Positions 47,608 to 56,707 of a DNA stretch of 64,000 nt are shown here, one piece after another. The DNA comes from Spirochaetales bacterium (GTDB taxonomy: Bacteria; Spirochaetota; Spirochaetia; JABEVK01), in contig JBAXAI010000001.1 of the NCBI GenBank assembly GCA_037142615.1, positions 332,471 through 396,470 of the forward strand, read 5' to 3'. Positions within the stretch are counted from its first letter, which is position 1; each line of letters starts with the position of its first letter. Below the pieces are notes generated by a model, which worked only from the letters and a program-made list of their open reading frames with translations, ran no database searches and had not been told where the DNA came from. The translations under genes and the position numbers were made by a program.

Positions 47608-48927
47608 TCAAGGGGTCGCTGTCCACGTTTTGAGGATGGCAGTCGCTTGAGCCTTGATGTTCACGTCGGGGTCCTTGACAGAAAGGTTTCGGACCACCGG
47701 CTCGTATTCCCGAAAATTGCCCGCGGCTATGGCCCTGAGAGCCAGAGAGCGGGATGTCACCGAGTCGTTGAGCAGAAGCACTCCAAAGAGCGTTCGGTAA
47801 GAATCGCGGGTGGGAAGCAAGGCTCCGGCGATCACCGGGGCCAATGCGCCGTTCTTAGCCTTGTTTTCTTCGTCCAACACCTTCTGAAGGGCTTCGCTTA
47901 CCCCGGACCACTTTTTGTCGATGGCCTGGTTGAGCGCTTCTCGCCAAACCGAAAAATCCGTCTTTCGGTCCGACAGGAGGGCCAAGACCGGCGTCGCGCC
48001 ACCATCGTAAGCAGCTAGGGCCCTCAGGCAGGCGGTACGAACCCGCGCTTCTGGGTCTTTCTTGACCCGGAAGAGAAGAATTTCCTGGAGTTCGGGAATC
48101 TTGAGGGTCGCAGCCGCGTCGGCTCCAGCCAAGCGCACATTGACCTGGGCGTCACGGAGGGCCTTGGTGAGGTCCGTGGCAAGTTCGAAGTGTCCGGGAA
48201 ACGAGCCAAGAGTGCCGACTGCTGCGGCCCTCAGGTCGCTGTTGTCGGAATCCAAAGCCGTTTGAACCAAGTTCCAGGCCCGCGCATCCCCAATTTTGCC
48301 CAAAGCAGCCAAGATGGTTCCCTGAAGCAGGGGCTCGTTGTCACTTTCCTCGTATTCTTTGAGAAGCGGGTCTACCGCGTCCCTGGCCTTCATTTCCCCT
48401 AGGGCCCAGATGATATCTGGCTTAAAGTTCACGTCGGTCTCTGCATCTTTGTAGATCTTGAGTATTTCGCCGACCCGCCCGGTCGCTTCGATCTTTGCCA
48501 ACGCACGAATGCTAGCCAGAGCCAAAGTCTTGTTCTTGTCCGTCATCAACTGGACGAAGACCGCTTCCGAGGCTTTCGACTTGATGCCCGTCAGGTAGGA
48601 AACCGCGGTCAGAAGAAAGCTGTTGGACTTCTTCTCTGGTTGGGAAAGCTCCTTGATGGCATCGTTTTCAAGATGATTGTCCTTGAGGTCGAGGAAATAG
48701 CCGAGTAGTAGTTCCTTGAGATCCGTGTTTCTGGCGGAGCGGAAGATCCCTGCCAATTCGTCCAGAAAGTCCCTGTTCTTTTCCTGCTGGAGGGTTCTGA
48801 CGAGGTCGATAATTTCGGTTTCGATGCCGAACTTGAGCGTCTGCAGTCTCTCTTCTTTCGGGGTCAAATCTGTTGCAAAGAGCGGTACCGCCAACAGAAC
48901 AGCAAGAAGCATCCGACTACGCTTCAT
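47608..48927 (-). CDS. Secreted HEAT-repeat protein
   Basis: Signal peptide MKRSRMLLAVLLAVPLFA. Many HEAT/PBS-lyase-like repeats (DxxVRxxAxxALG...). Start placed at the second ATG to limit overlap with murJ. Confidence 0.5.
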   Translation of the reverse strand: MKRSRMLLAVLLAVPLFATDLTPKEERLQTLKFGIETEIIDLVRTLQQEKNRDFLDELAGIFRSARNTDLKELLLGYFLDLKDNHLENDAIKELSQPEKKSNSFLLTAVSYLTGIKSKASEAVFVQLMTDKNKTLALASIRALAKIEATGRVGEILKIYKDAETDVNFKPDIIWALGEMKARDAVDPLLKEYEESDNEPLLQGTILAALGKIGDARAWNLVQTALDSDNSDLRAAAVGTLGSFPGHFELATDLTKALRDAQVNVRLAGADAAATLKIPELQEILLFRVKKDPEARVRTACLRALAAYDGGATPVLALLSDRKTDFSVWREALNQAIDKKWSGVSEALQKVLDEENKAKNGALAPVIAGALLPTRDSYRTLFGVLLLNDSVTSRSLALRAIAAGNFREYEPVVRNLSVKDPDVNIKAQATAILKTWTATP

Positions 48928-50566
48928 GGGAAACCTCCGGTGTTTCCAGCCGCGGACGAAAGAGCCGCCACGGCTGGATGCCAACTGCGAGCAGTGACAG
49001 AAATACGATTACTAAGGCGGAAAGTCCCTCGGCGACGAGAAGGCCCGCTGCAGGCCAAGTCAGGCCAGCGACCCACCATTTTCCGGTCGTACCAAGAGCA
49101 ACAAACCAAGCGAGAGTCACCGGCGTCAAGGCCAGCGCAACACGCAGCAGGAACCATCCCAACTCACCCAGTCGGCGCCAAGGCAAGGACTTCCAGGCCA
49201 AGACCAGCAAAGTCACAGCACCAACCAAGAAACCCGCGACGCTTCCCGCCGCAAGACCAAGGACGCCCAGCGGGGTCAACATCAAGGTCACTGAAACCAG
49301 GACGTCAGTGACGGCCCAGACAATGCTGACACGGAAAGGCGCCCGGAAGTCACCCTTTGCATAAAAGAAACGCTGGAGAAAATTGAAGACTCCAGACAAG
49401 AACAAGCCCCACGCCAACCACGAAAGAACGCGGGCGGCCAGTACGGTATTCTCGTAGGTGAAGGCACCCCGCTGAAGTGCCAAACCGATCAAGGGCTCAG
49501 CAAACAGAGAAAGAAGGAGGCCCGCTGGCAACAACAGGACCGCCTGGAGTTCGAGGCCCTGGACCATGGTCGCCGATGCGGCATCCCAATCTCGACCTGC
49601 CACCTGACGGCTCATCCGAGGGAAGTATACGGTGATCACCGAGGCCGACAGCACACCGGCCGGCAACTGCCAGAAGACGATGGCGTTGGCCAGTGACGAG
49701 ACACTGCCCTCGGGTAAGGTAGTCGCCAGAGTCATGGATATCTGCTGGTTCAGCAAAGAGATCCCGCTAATCATAAGTGCAGGACCCCATTTACGCAGGG
49801 TTTCTCGCATTTCCGGGATCCAGAAACGAAGCAGGGGTTTCGCAGAGTAACCAAGCCGCCGCAGGGGAAACCACTGAAGCAATACCGGAAGCAGTCCTCC
49901 AACAAGCACACCCGGAATCTGGGCATAGACATCCATCGTCGGCGCCCAGAGCAGGAGCGAGGCGATGACGGCAACCGAGAAGAGGATGGGACTGATTGCC
50001 GGAATCGCGAACTTCTGGTGAGTGTTTTCAACACCCATCATCACCGCGCTCCAACTGACGGGAATGAGAAACACAATGAACCAACGGAACAGATCGATGG
50101 CGAGCGCCTGCTTTTCGGATACTCCGCCAAAGGGCGCCAGCACGGCAATTACCGCAGGAGCAAAAACGATACCGGCGACCACCAGCGGAAGCAGCACAAC
50201 CAACTGGAGCATGAACAACGCCCGGACCAGCAGCCGTGCACGCGCCCCGGAAGCGTCAGCCTCAAGACTCCTGGAAAGAACCGGAATGAACGCTGTTGAT
50301 AAAGCCCCTTCGGCGACCAGTTTTCGCAGGTTCATGGGGATGGTAAAGACAGCGTTCAGCACATCCGCCTTCCACCCCTGACCAAAGAAGGCACTGACCA
50401 CAGCGCTTCTGGCAAAGCCAAGCAATCGGCTGGCAAAGGTGGCAACTCCGACAATGGCCGTATCAGACACGGGCGGCCTTCCTGCCAAAACGGTCAAGAA
50501 ACTGAACTTGAAAGGCCAAAAAACGGTCTTCTCGAATTGCCGCCCGGATTTGCCCCAAGAAGTCAT
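48917..50566 (-). CDS. murJ: Lipid II flippase MurJ (MviN family)
   Basis: N-terminal block ASRLLGFARSAVVSAFFGQG...NLRKLVAEGALSTAFIPVL and 12-14 TM segments. Start uncertain: the ATG at 50566 or the TTG at 50497 both overlap the tgt 3' end. Confidence 0.75.
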   Translation of the reverse strand: MTSWGKSGRQFEKTVFWPFKFSFLTVLAGRPPVSDTAIVGVATFASRLLGFARSAVVSAFFGQGWKADVLNAVFTIPMNLRKLVAEGALSTAFIPVLSRSLEADASGARARLLVRALFMLQLVVLLPLVVAGIVFAPAVIAVLAPFGGVSEKQALAIDLFRWFIVFLIPVSWSAVMMGVENTHQKFAIPAISPILFSVAVIASLLLWAPTMDVYAQIPGVLVGGLLPVLLQWFPLRRLGYSAKPLLRFWIPEMRETLRKWGPALMISGISLLNQQISMTLATTLPEGSVSSLANAIVFWQLPAGVLSASVITVYFPRMSRQVAGRDWDAASATMVQGLELQAVLLLPAGLLLSLFAEPLIGLALQRGAFTYENTVLAARVLSWLAWGLFLSGVFNFLQRFFYAKGDFRAPFRVSIVWAVTDVLVSVTLMLTPLGVLGLAAGSVAGFLVGAVTLLVLAWKSLPWRRLGELGWFLLRVALALTPVTLAWFVALGTTGKWWVAGLTWPAAGLLVAEGLSALVIVFLSLLAVGIQPWRLFRPRLETPEVSHEA

Positions 50567-51590
50567 GGAGAAACTGAAGATTGTGTTCCGTGGCCAACAT
50601 GGGTCCGAACATCTCATTGCACTTGAACATCTGTCGCAAATAGGCCCTGGAATAGCGCTGGCAGGCGCTACAGGGACAGTCCGTTTGAATCGGGGAAAAA
50701 TCTTTCTCGAACCGGGCCTTCTTCAGGTCGATGACTCCGTCCGGGGTGAACACTGAACCGTTTCGTGCGATTCGGGTGGGGTACACGCAGTCGAAAAGGT
50801 CAATACCATGCTCAACGGCCTTCAGAATGTAGTCGGGTGTCCCGATGCCCATCACATAGCGAGGCTTTTCGATAGGCAATAAGGGAGAAAGGACGGCGAG
50901 CATGGCCTCATAGACCCCAAACTCCTCGCCGACCGAAAGGCCACCGATTGCCAGGCCCGGAGTGTCCAGTTCGAGGATCTCGTGGGCACTTTGCCTCCTG
51001 AGATCGTCAAAGAACTGACCCTGGATGATTCCGAACAGGCGGCCATCGTACGATTGTGCCCTTTGCTTCCAGCGCTCGACGCTTTTGCGCGCCCAACGCG
51101 TGGTGGTTTTCAAGGCCTCTTCGGCCTGACGTCGGGTCGATTCGGGCCCGGTGCAAACATCGAGCGGCATCAAGATGTCGCTGCCGAACCCTTCTTGGAG
51201 TTCCACGACTGCTTCGGGAGTCAAGACATGGTAGCTGCCATCGATGTGGGAACGAAACTTCACTCCGTCCTCGAGGATCTTTCGGAACGGTGCGAGCGAA
51301 AAAACCTGGTAGCCGCCAGAGTCGGTCAGGATGTTGTGCCCCCACCCGCTGAACCGATGCAACCCGCCGGCCGCGCGAATCACGTCGATACCGGGCCTCA
51401 AATAGAGATGATAGGTATTGGCAAGGATCAGCCGGGTTCCCATGGCCTCAACCTTGGCATGCTCTATGGCCTTTACGCTGGCGTTTGTACCTACCGGCAT
51501 GAAAGAAGGAAGCTCAACGGTTCCATGAGGAAGTAGCATCGTCCCGGTGCGGGCGCGCGTTGTGGCATCTTGGTGGTCGATCGCAATCAT
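50463..51590 (-). CDS. tgt: Queuine tRNA-ribosyltransferase
   Basis: MIAIDHQDATTRARTGTMLLPHGTVELPSFMPVGT aligns with the Tgt N-terminus. Zinc site CPCSACQRYSRAYLRQ. Start chosen by that alignment. Confidence 0.85.
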   Translation of the reverse strand: MIAIDHQDATTRARTGTMLLPHGTVELPSFMPVGTNASVKAIEHAKVEAMGTRLILANTYHLYLRPGIDVIRAAGGLHRFSGWGHNILTDSGGYQVFSLAPFRKILEDGVKFRSHIDGSYHVLTPEAVVELQEGFGSDILMPLDVCTGPESTRRQAEEALKTTTRWARKSVERWKQRAQSYDGRLFGIIQGQFFDDLRRQSAHEILELDTPGLAIGGLSVGEEFGVYEAMLAVLSPLLPIEKPRYVMGIGTPDYILKAVEHGIDLFDCVYPTRIARNGSVFTPDGVIDLKKARFEKDFSPIQTDCPCSACQRYSRAYLRQMFKCNEMFGPMLATEHNLQFLHDFLGQIRAAIREDRFLAFQVQFLDRFGRKAARV

Positions 51591-51598
51591 GGAAGCTC

Positions 51599-52672
51599 CT
51601 AAGTCCGGGCCCGCAGGAACAGAATCGCCCCCACAAAAGCACCTGCCATCACACCGATCGAAGCACCGGCCCAAGGCGGAAGGAAGCCCGTTTTTGCCAG
51701 CAATCCGGCGACCATCTGCAGGACAATGAATCCGGCGGAAACCAGCAAGCTGGTCAGCAGGCTCATGAGCAGAATGTTCTTGCGGAACCGGCCACCGACA
51801 GCAGCCGAGATCCAGATTACCACAAAGGGTGAGAAAGAAAAACTGATGCGTTGAAGGGTATCAGTTTCGGCGTCTTGCGAGGGCAATCCCCCCGCCTTCA
51901 ACGTCGCCACGTAGGTTCTTGCCTGGTCGAAGGTTAGCTCGTTGACCGCAACGGTCTTGCGCTGAAATCGTTGCGGTGGATCGTTCAGTGTGGGGTCCGA
52001 CCAAGTTTCCTCATATTTGTAGCCGATCTGGCCGGATACATCCCTGGTATAGAACTTCACCTTGTGAAACAACCAGCTTTGCCCCTTCCAGTCGGCCCAC
52101 TCGGCGTCAATTCTTTGCGAAAAGACGCTATCCTCGGATTTGAACACCAAAATGACACCGGTTAGCGTCTTCGAAGGATCGTTGTAGGTCGCAGCCGTGT
52201 AAACCATGGTGCCCTTGCGGGACAGCAGGGCCACGTTTGTGCTGCTGAGGCTCGACTGGCCATTGAGTGTGCGAGTGAGCTCAGCGCGAGTCTTCTCGGT
52301 TGGGATAACCCCCCGGTCGTTCCAAAAGAAAAGCAGCAGACTCGCCAAGGCACCCACGAAAAACAGCGGAAACACAAAACGCCGCAAGGACACACCCGAG
52401 CCCAGGATCACCACCAGTTCGTTGTGCCCATACAAGGTGCCCAAAACAAAAGAGACCGAGAACAAGAGGGCTGGCGATAGGGCCCAAGAGAGCGCCTGGG
52501 GAACGTAGAGCGCTGAAAGTGACAGGATCTGGAGGAACGGGACCCCGGCAGGCATCAGGCGCGAGACGTTCATCAGCAGGTCGGTCAACACCAAACTCAG
52601 GACAAAAAAGACAAGGGCAACCGCCAGCATGAGCAGAAATTGTGAAAGGAGGTAGCGGCCAAGAATCCTCAT
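51599..52672 (-). CDS. LptF/LptG-family LPS export permease (YjgP/YjgQ)
   Basis: MRILGRYLLSQFLLMLAVALVFF is a typical family N-terminus. Six TM with a periplasmic beta-jellyroll insert. Start set to give a 4-nt overlap with the upstream paralog. Confidence 0.7.
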   Translation of the reverse strand: MRILGRYLLSQFLLMLAVALVFFVLSLVLTDLLMNVSRLMPAGVPFLQILSLSALYVPQALSWALSPALLFSVSFVLGTLYGHNELVVILGSGVSLRRFVFPLFFVGALASLLLFFWNDRGVIPTEKTRAELTRTLNGQSSLSSTNVALLSRKGTMVYTAATYNDPSKTLTGVILVFKSEDSVFSQRIDAEWADWKGQSWLFHKVKFYTRDVSGQIGYKYEETWSDPTLNDPPQRFQRKTVAVNELTFDQARTYVATLKAGGLPSQDAETDTLQRISFSFSPFVVIWISAAVGGRFRKNILLMSLLTSLLVSAGFIVLQMVAGLLAKTGFLPPWAGASIGVMAGAFVGAILFLRART

Positions 52673-53919
52673 CGGCGCATCCGGACAAAGACGGGTATCG
52701 AGAGAACCAGGATGAGGATATTCGGGAGGAACATCGCGATCTCGGGGGTCCAGCGCCATTCCATGCTGAGGGTGCGCGCACCGAGAAGACTTCCCCAATA
52801 CAGCACGGCTGTCAGCAATCCAATGCCGATGATCCCGGTCATGCCACGCCGATTCTGCAGTACGGCCAGGGGAAAGGCCAAGAAAACAAAACAGATGCAG
52901 GCCAAAGGAATGGAGTACTTCTGATAAAGTTCGGTCTTCCAACTTTGGAGCTGACGGTCGGTCGGGTCGCGCCGGTCGAGCTCGGTCAGGCGGCTTGCCA
53001 GGTCAACCAAGGTTTGTCGGAGAGCTTCGTCCGTGCCCAACGAGTTCCAATACCCTGCCGTCAGACGGTTCCTGAGAACTTCACGGCCGCGCGCAAGTTC
53101 GTCCAGCTGCGCTTGAAAGTCTTTCTCCTTGAGTTGAATCTGGCGCGAAAGCTCGTACGAGGGCATTTCGCGCGGCCCCAGTGACTGGATCGAGGGGGCA
53201 AGATCCTTGAGGACGATGTTGTATTCCAAGGTTTTTGCACGGAAGGAGTCATACACGCCCGTCCGGCGGCTATCGGGTGTAACCCCTGTAACGTCTTCCA
53301 GGTGCAAAGTGATGACTCCCGGAAGTGCCGGATTCTCGGTCAAGCGGGCCGTCTTGGCGGTCAGAAGTCGGCTGTCATCCCGGGAGGTCTTGTCAAGCAC
53401 GCTGACGCCTCGGAAGGTCTTGCCATCGACGGCTCCCGTTACGATGAGCAGATTCTTATAGAACTTAACACTGTAGGCTCCCAGTTCCAGCTCTGGCGTC
53501 GAAAGAAGAAGATTCCGATAGACCTTGCCAAAGTTCACCGTGCCGGCGGGGAGTAGAACATCGTTGGCAAAGAATGACCCGGCAGCGAACAAACCTCCGA
53601 GCAGGAGGGCAGGAAGAAACAGCGTCCGGTGGGGAATCCCGCTCGCCTGAGAAGCGAGGATTTCCCGGTCACCTGCGAGCCGGCCGATTGACAGCAGGAT
53701 GCCCAGCAAGGAAGCAAACGGGGCCGTCAGTGCCAAGATGGCTGGTAACGAGTACGTCAGCAGGAGAAGGACTTCTTCGGCCGGTGCCTTTCTTTTGAGA
53801 AGTTCCTCAGCCAAGAGCAGGATCTGGTTCAAGAAGAAAATGAAGAAGAAGAAGAGAAAACTGACGGCGAAAGCCAGCAGGATTTCCCTAGCGATATACC
53901 ATCGGATCGTCATCTTCAC
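52669..53919 (-). CDS. LptF/LptG-family LPS export permease (paralog)
   Basis: MKMTIRWYIAREILLAFAVSFLFFFFIFFLNQ and the family TM topology. Tandem with the other paralog. Confidence 0.7.
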   Translation of the reverse strand: MKMTIRWYIAREILLAFAVSFLFFFFIFFLNQILLLAEELLKRKAPAEEVLLLLTYSLPAILALTAPFASLLGILLSIGRLAGDREILASQASGIPHRTLFLPALLLGGLFAAGSFFANDVLLPAGTVNFGKVYRNLLLSTPELELGAYSVKFYKNLLIVTGAVDGKTFRGVSVLDKTSRDDSRLLTAKTARLTENPALPGVITLHLEDVTGVTPDSRRTGVYDSFRAKTLEYNIVLKDLAPSIQSLGPREMPSYELSRQIQLKEKDFQAQLDELARGREVLRNRLTAGYWNSLGTDEALRQTLVDLASRLTELDRRDPTDRQLQSWKTELYQKYSIPLACICFVFLAFPLAVLQNRRGMTGIIGIGLLTAVLYWGSLLGARTLSMEWRWTPEIAMFLPNILILVLSIPVFVRMRR

Positions 53920-55495
53920 TCCAAACTCCTACACTTTGCCCTGTTGTTCCCCAGTACAGCCTGCCAGCTCGGCTGACCAGTGCCGAAATCCCCGCATCCG
54001 GAATGCCATCGGCGATCCCCAGATGTTGCAAAGGAAACCGTTGGCCATGCCAGAGTCCTTCATCCAAAGTTCCCCACCACGGATCGGTGCCGTTCCAGTC
54101 GATTGCAGTGACGAACTCCCGACCGCCGGAAACCAAGTTCCAACCCCGACCATCGAACAGCCAGAGTCCCTGGCCCCACGAACCCACCGCCCACAACGAC
54201 GTGCGTTTGCCATCGCCGGGTGCGAGCATGGCGCTCACGTTGGTGGGCCCACCGGAGACTGGCGACCAGAGGTCCTTCTGCCAGTGCCAAAGTCCGTTGT
54301 CTCTGGAACCCACCCAAAGGCCGCCCTGACCATCGGACACCACCGCATTGACAAACTGCGGCGCGTTGGAGCCAACGACTGCCTGCCATTGACCAGCGGT
54401 CCAAGACCAGAGCCCCTGCCCCAGGTGCGCGACCCAGAACTTCTCATCCTCTTCGACCCAAACATCTTGGATACGAAGTCCAGGCCAGTCGGGCGGGTAC
54501 GGAAACTCCTTCCAGCCCAAAGTCACCTTACTGTAGCGCGAGAATGACTTCTCTTTAAAGACGTAAACGAAAAATCGGCTGACCCTGACAAGCCTAACCG
54601 GGGCGATCTGTGACTTTGGCTTGTCGAGAACCAGCCATTCGCCTGTCGCCAACGACCTTCGGACGAGGCCGCCGTTCCACGTTCCAAGCCACAGATCGTC
54701 TTGGTCGAGCGCCAAGGTTGAGACAAAAGGATCAACGCCCTGTGGACGGAGGTCGATCTGCCCGAGAAACAACGATTGCCGCAACAATGCGGCTCGCGAC
54801 TGATCACCTTGCAAAGGGAGATACACCGGCCTCAATTGCCGCCAGGCTTCCTTCGCTTCAACCGCGTTTTTTTGGATCATGGCGAGATCCCAGATCTCAT
54901 CGAGAGCAAGGAAGTCACACTTTACCAGAATCTGGGCACGAGCACGCCAAAACCGCGCGCTGTCCCACAGTCCTGAGTCCGTGTGGGCCCGTTCCAAGTA
55001 GAAGGCGGCCCAGAACTTTTCCAGGGCATCAGTCGACTGCTCGTAACGGGCTTGCAGGGGAAAGATCCGCCGGGATAACGGCAGGTCGGCGCGGAACAGC
55101 GCCCTCCAAAAATCTCTTTCCGTCGTCCAAAAATGGCCGCTGACTCCAGTCCGTTCAGGCCAGCCAGGTACAGTGACCCAACCAAACGACAACCCCTCGG
55201 GATCGAAGGCAGGGGGGATCCACGCTTGAGTCACCGGCGCCCGCAAGACCAAGGCCGGCGGCGACTCATGGGGAGGCGGCGCTTTCTCGGCGACGATAGC
55301 CTCAGGCACCGTCTCCGGGGGGGGCGCTTCCACCTCTGGCAGACGTGGAAGCACCGGTGGCAAAGAAGGCTGAGGAGTCGTGCATGCGGCGAGCAGGCCC
55401 GCAGCCAGAATCCAAACCCGGATCAGCGGCGCCAAAATGTTTCCAGGGCTTTCGACGAACGAAGCCGAGTCTTCCCCCAGATTTCGAGGCTGCAA
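53888..55495 (-). CDS. Secreted/lipoprotein beta-propeller repeat protein, hypothetical
   Basis: LLAAC lipobox-like signal, a Pro-rich linker, then repeated GxLW/WxG motifs (LWLGTWNGGLV, GLWSWTAGQW, GLWVGSRDNGLWHW, GLWLFDGRGW) typical of beta-propeller blades. Confidence 0.45.
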   Translation of the reverse strand: MQPRNLGEDSASFVESPGNILAPLIRVWILAAGLLAACTTPQPSLPPVLPRLPEVEAPPPETVPEAIVAEKAPPPHESPPALVLRAPVTQAWIPPAFDPEGLSFGWVTVPGWPERTGVSGHFWTTERDFWRALFRADLPLSRRIFPLQARYEQSTDALEKFWAAFYLERAHTDSGLWDSARFWRARAQILVKCDFLALDEIWDLAMIQKNAVEAKEAWRQLRPVYLPLQGDQSRAALLRQSLFLGQIDLRPQGVDPFVSTLALDQDDLWLGTWNGGLVRRSLATGEWLVLDKPKSQIAPVRLVRVSRFFVYVFKEKSFSRYSKVTLGWKEFPYPPDWPGLRIQDVWVEEDEKFWVAHLGQGLWSWTAGQWQAVVGSNAPQFVNAVVSDGQGGLWVGSRDNGLWHWQKDLWSPVSGGPTNVSAMLAPGDGKRTSLWAVGSWGQGLWLFDGRGWNLVSGGREFVTAIDWNGTDPWWGTLDEGLWHGQRFPLQHLGIADGIPDAGISALVSRAGRLYWGTTGQSVGVWSEDDDPMVYR

Positions 55496-56694
55496 GGGCC
55501 ACGAACCATGTCTAGGACTCGAGAATGCTCCTCTCGCGTCACAGGAACTTCGAGGTTTACCAGCAGCGTATCGAGCGATTCACGCACGTCAAAGGAACGA
55601 TGAAAGTGCCACAGTCGCCCTACCCGGTTCTCCATCTTCTCTGAACCGAGAATCAGCCCACCAAGTAAAGCCAGACGCGCGTCTTCCCATTCCGTCTCGG
55701 TTGGCGGTTCAGTCTGCAGCCTCAGGATCTCCTCCCTGAGGACCTCTGCAATCGCGCGGCCGTGTTCGGGTGCAGCGGTGGCGAAAAACTGAAGGCCCCA
55801 CTCCGTTTCGGTGTCGAAAACTTGCGACGTGACGCTGTAACAAAGGCCACGAGACTCACGGAGACTTTGAAAAAGCCGGGAACTCATGGTCTCGCCCCAA
55901 AGCATCGAAAAAAACTGCCAAACCGTCGCCTCCCGTACGGTAGAAGGCTTTCCGAAATGCCAACCGCCCAAGACTTGCACCATCTGAAAGTCTGCGGGTA
56001 CCACCCGGCAGACGGGCGCTGTCCTGAAGGACGCGAGATGGAAGTTTGTCGCAGTCCCCAGTGCAACTCCGCCCAGGTGAAACCCCAAGTCGTTTGACAG
56101 GCTAACCTCATCCAGATTTCCGCAGGCGACGACGGTGAGCGAAGGAAGCACGAGGTGCGCCGAGTGCCACGAGCGAACGTCCCCGGCGGTCAGTAGCGCA
56201 AGACTCTTCTCGGTGCCTGCGACGGGGCGAGACCAGTCCCCGCGCGAAAGCAGGCTTAGAAAGGACTCGTAAGCCATCTCCTCAGGATCTTCCAGAGTTG
56301 CCAGAATTTCGTTTCGGATCACCTCTCGCTCGCGTTCAAGTTCCTCCACTGGAAAGTTCGGGTGAAAGCAGAGCTGAACAAGCACCTCGACGGCCGTTCG
56401 CCAGTGTTCGGCGGGCACGGTGCAGGTGAAAGCAATTTCTTCGCGATCAGTCCAGGCATTCAGATCACCACCGACCCTGTCGACTTTTCTGGCCAAGTCC
56501 GACGCTGAATACGCAAGAGTCCCCTTGAAGACCATGTGCTCCACAAGGTGTGCCAACCCGGCCTTGCCGGGAGGATCGGTACGCGACCCCGAGGGAAAAA
56601 AAAATCCCAGGGAAAACGCCTTGCTGGACAAGACTTTTTCCCACAGGATTCGTGAACCGCAGGGCAGCGCGCCGGATCCGAAGAGATCCGCCAT
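55423..56694 (-). CDS. M16-family zinc peptidase (insulinase-like)
   Basis: Inverted zinc-binding motif HLVEHMVFKGT (HxxEH) and M16 N/C domain architecture. Start placed at MADLFGS. Confidence 0.7.
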   Translation of the reverse strand: MADLFGSGALPCGSRILWEKVLSSKAFSLGFFFPSGSRTDPPGKAGLAHLVEHMVFKGTLAYSASDLARKVDRVGGDLNAWTDREEIAFTCTVPAEHWRTAVEVLVQLCFHPNFPVEELEREREVIRNEILATLEDPEEMAYESFLSLLSRGDWSRPVAGTEKSLALLTAGDVRSWHSAHLVLPSLTVVACGNLDEVSLSNDLGFHLGGVALGTATNFHLASFRTAPVCRVVPADFQMVQVLGGWHFGKPSTVREATVWQFFSMLWGETMSSRLFQSLRESRGLCYSVTSQVFDTETEWGLQFFATAAPEHGRAIAEVLREEILRLQTEPPTETEWEDARLALLGGLILGSEKMENRVGRLWHFHRSFDVRESLDTLLVNLEVPVTREEHSRVLDMVRGPCSLEIWGKTRLRSSKALETFWRR

Positions 56695-56707
56695 GCTGAT
56701 TCCTTTT

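Noticed and set aside
52673-52942. 90-aa N-terminal extension of the second LptF/G paralog
   Set aside because: It would overlap the upstream paralog by 274 nt. MRILGRYLLSQF is the family-typical start and gives a 4-nt overlap.
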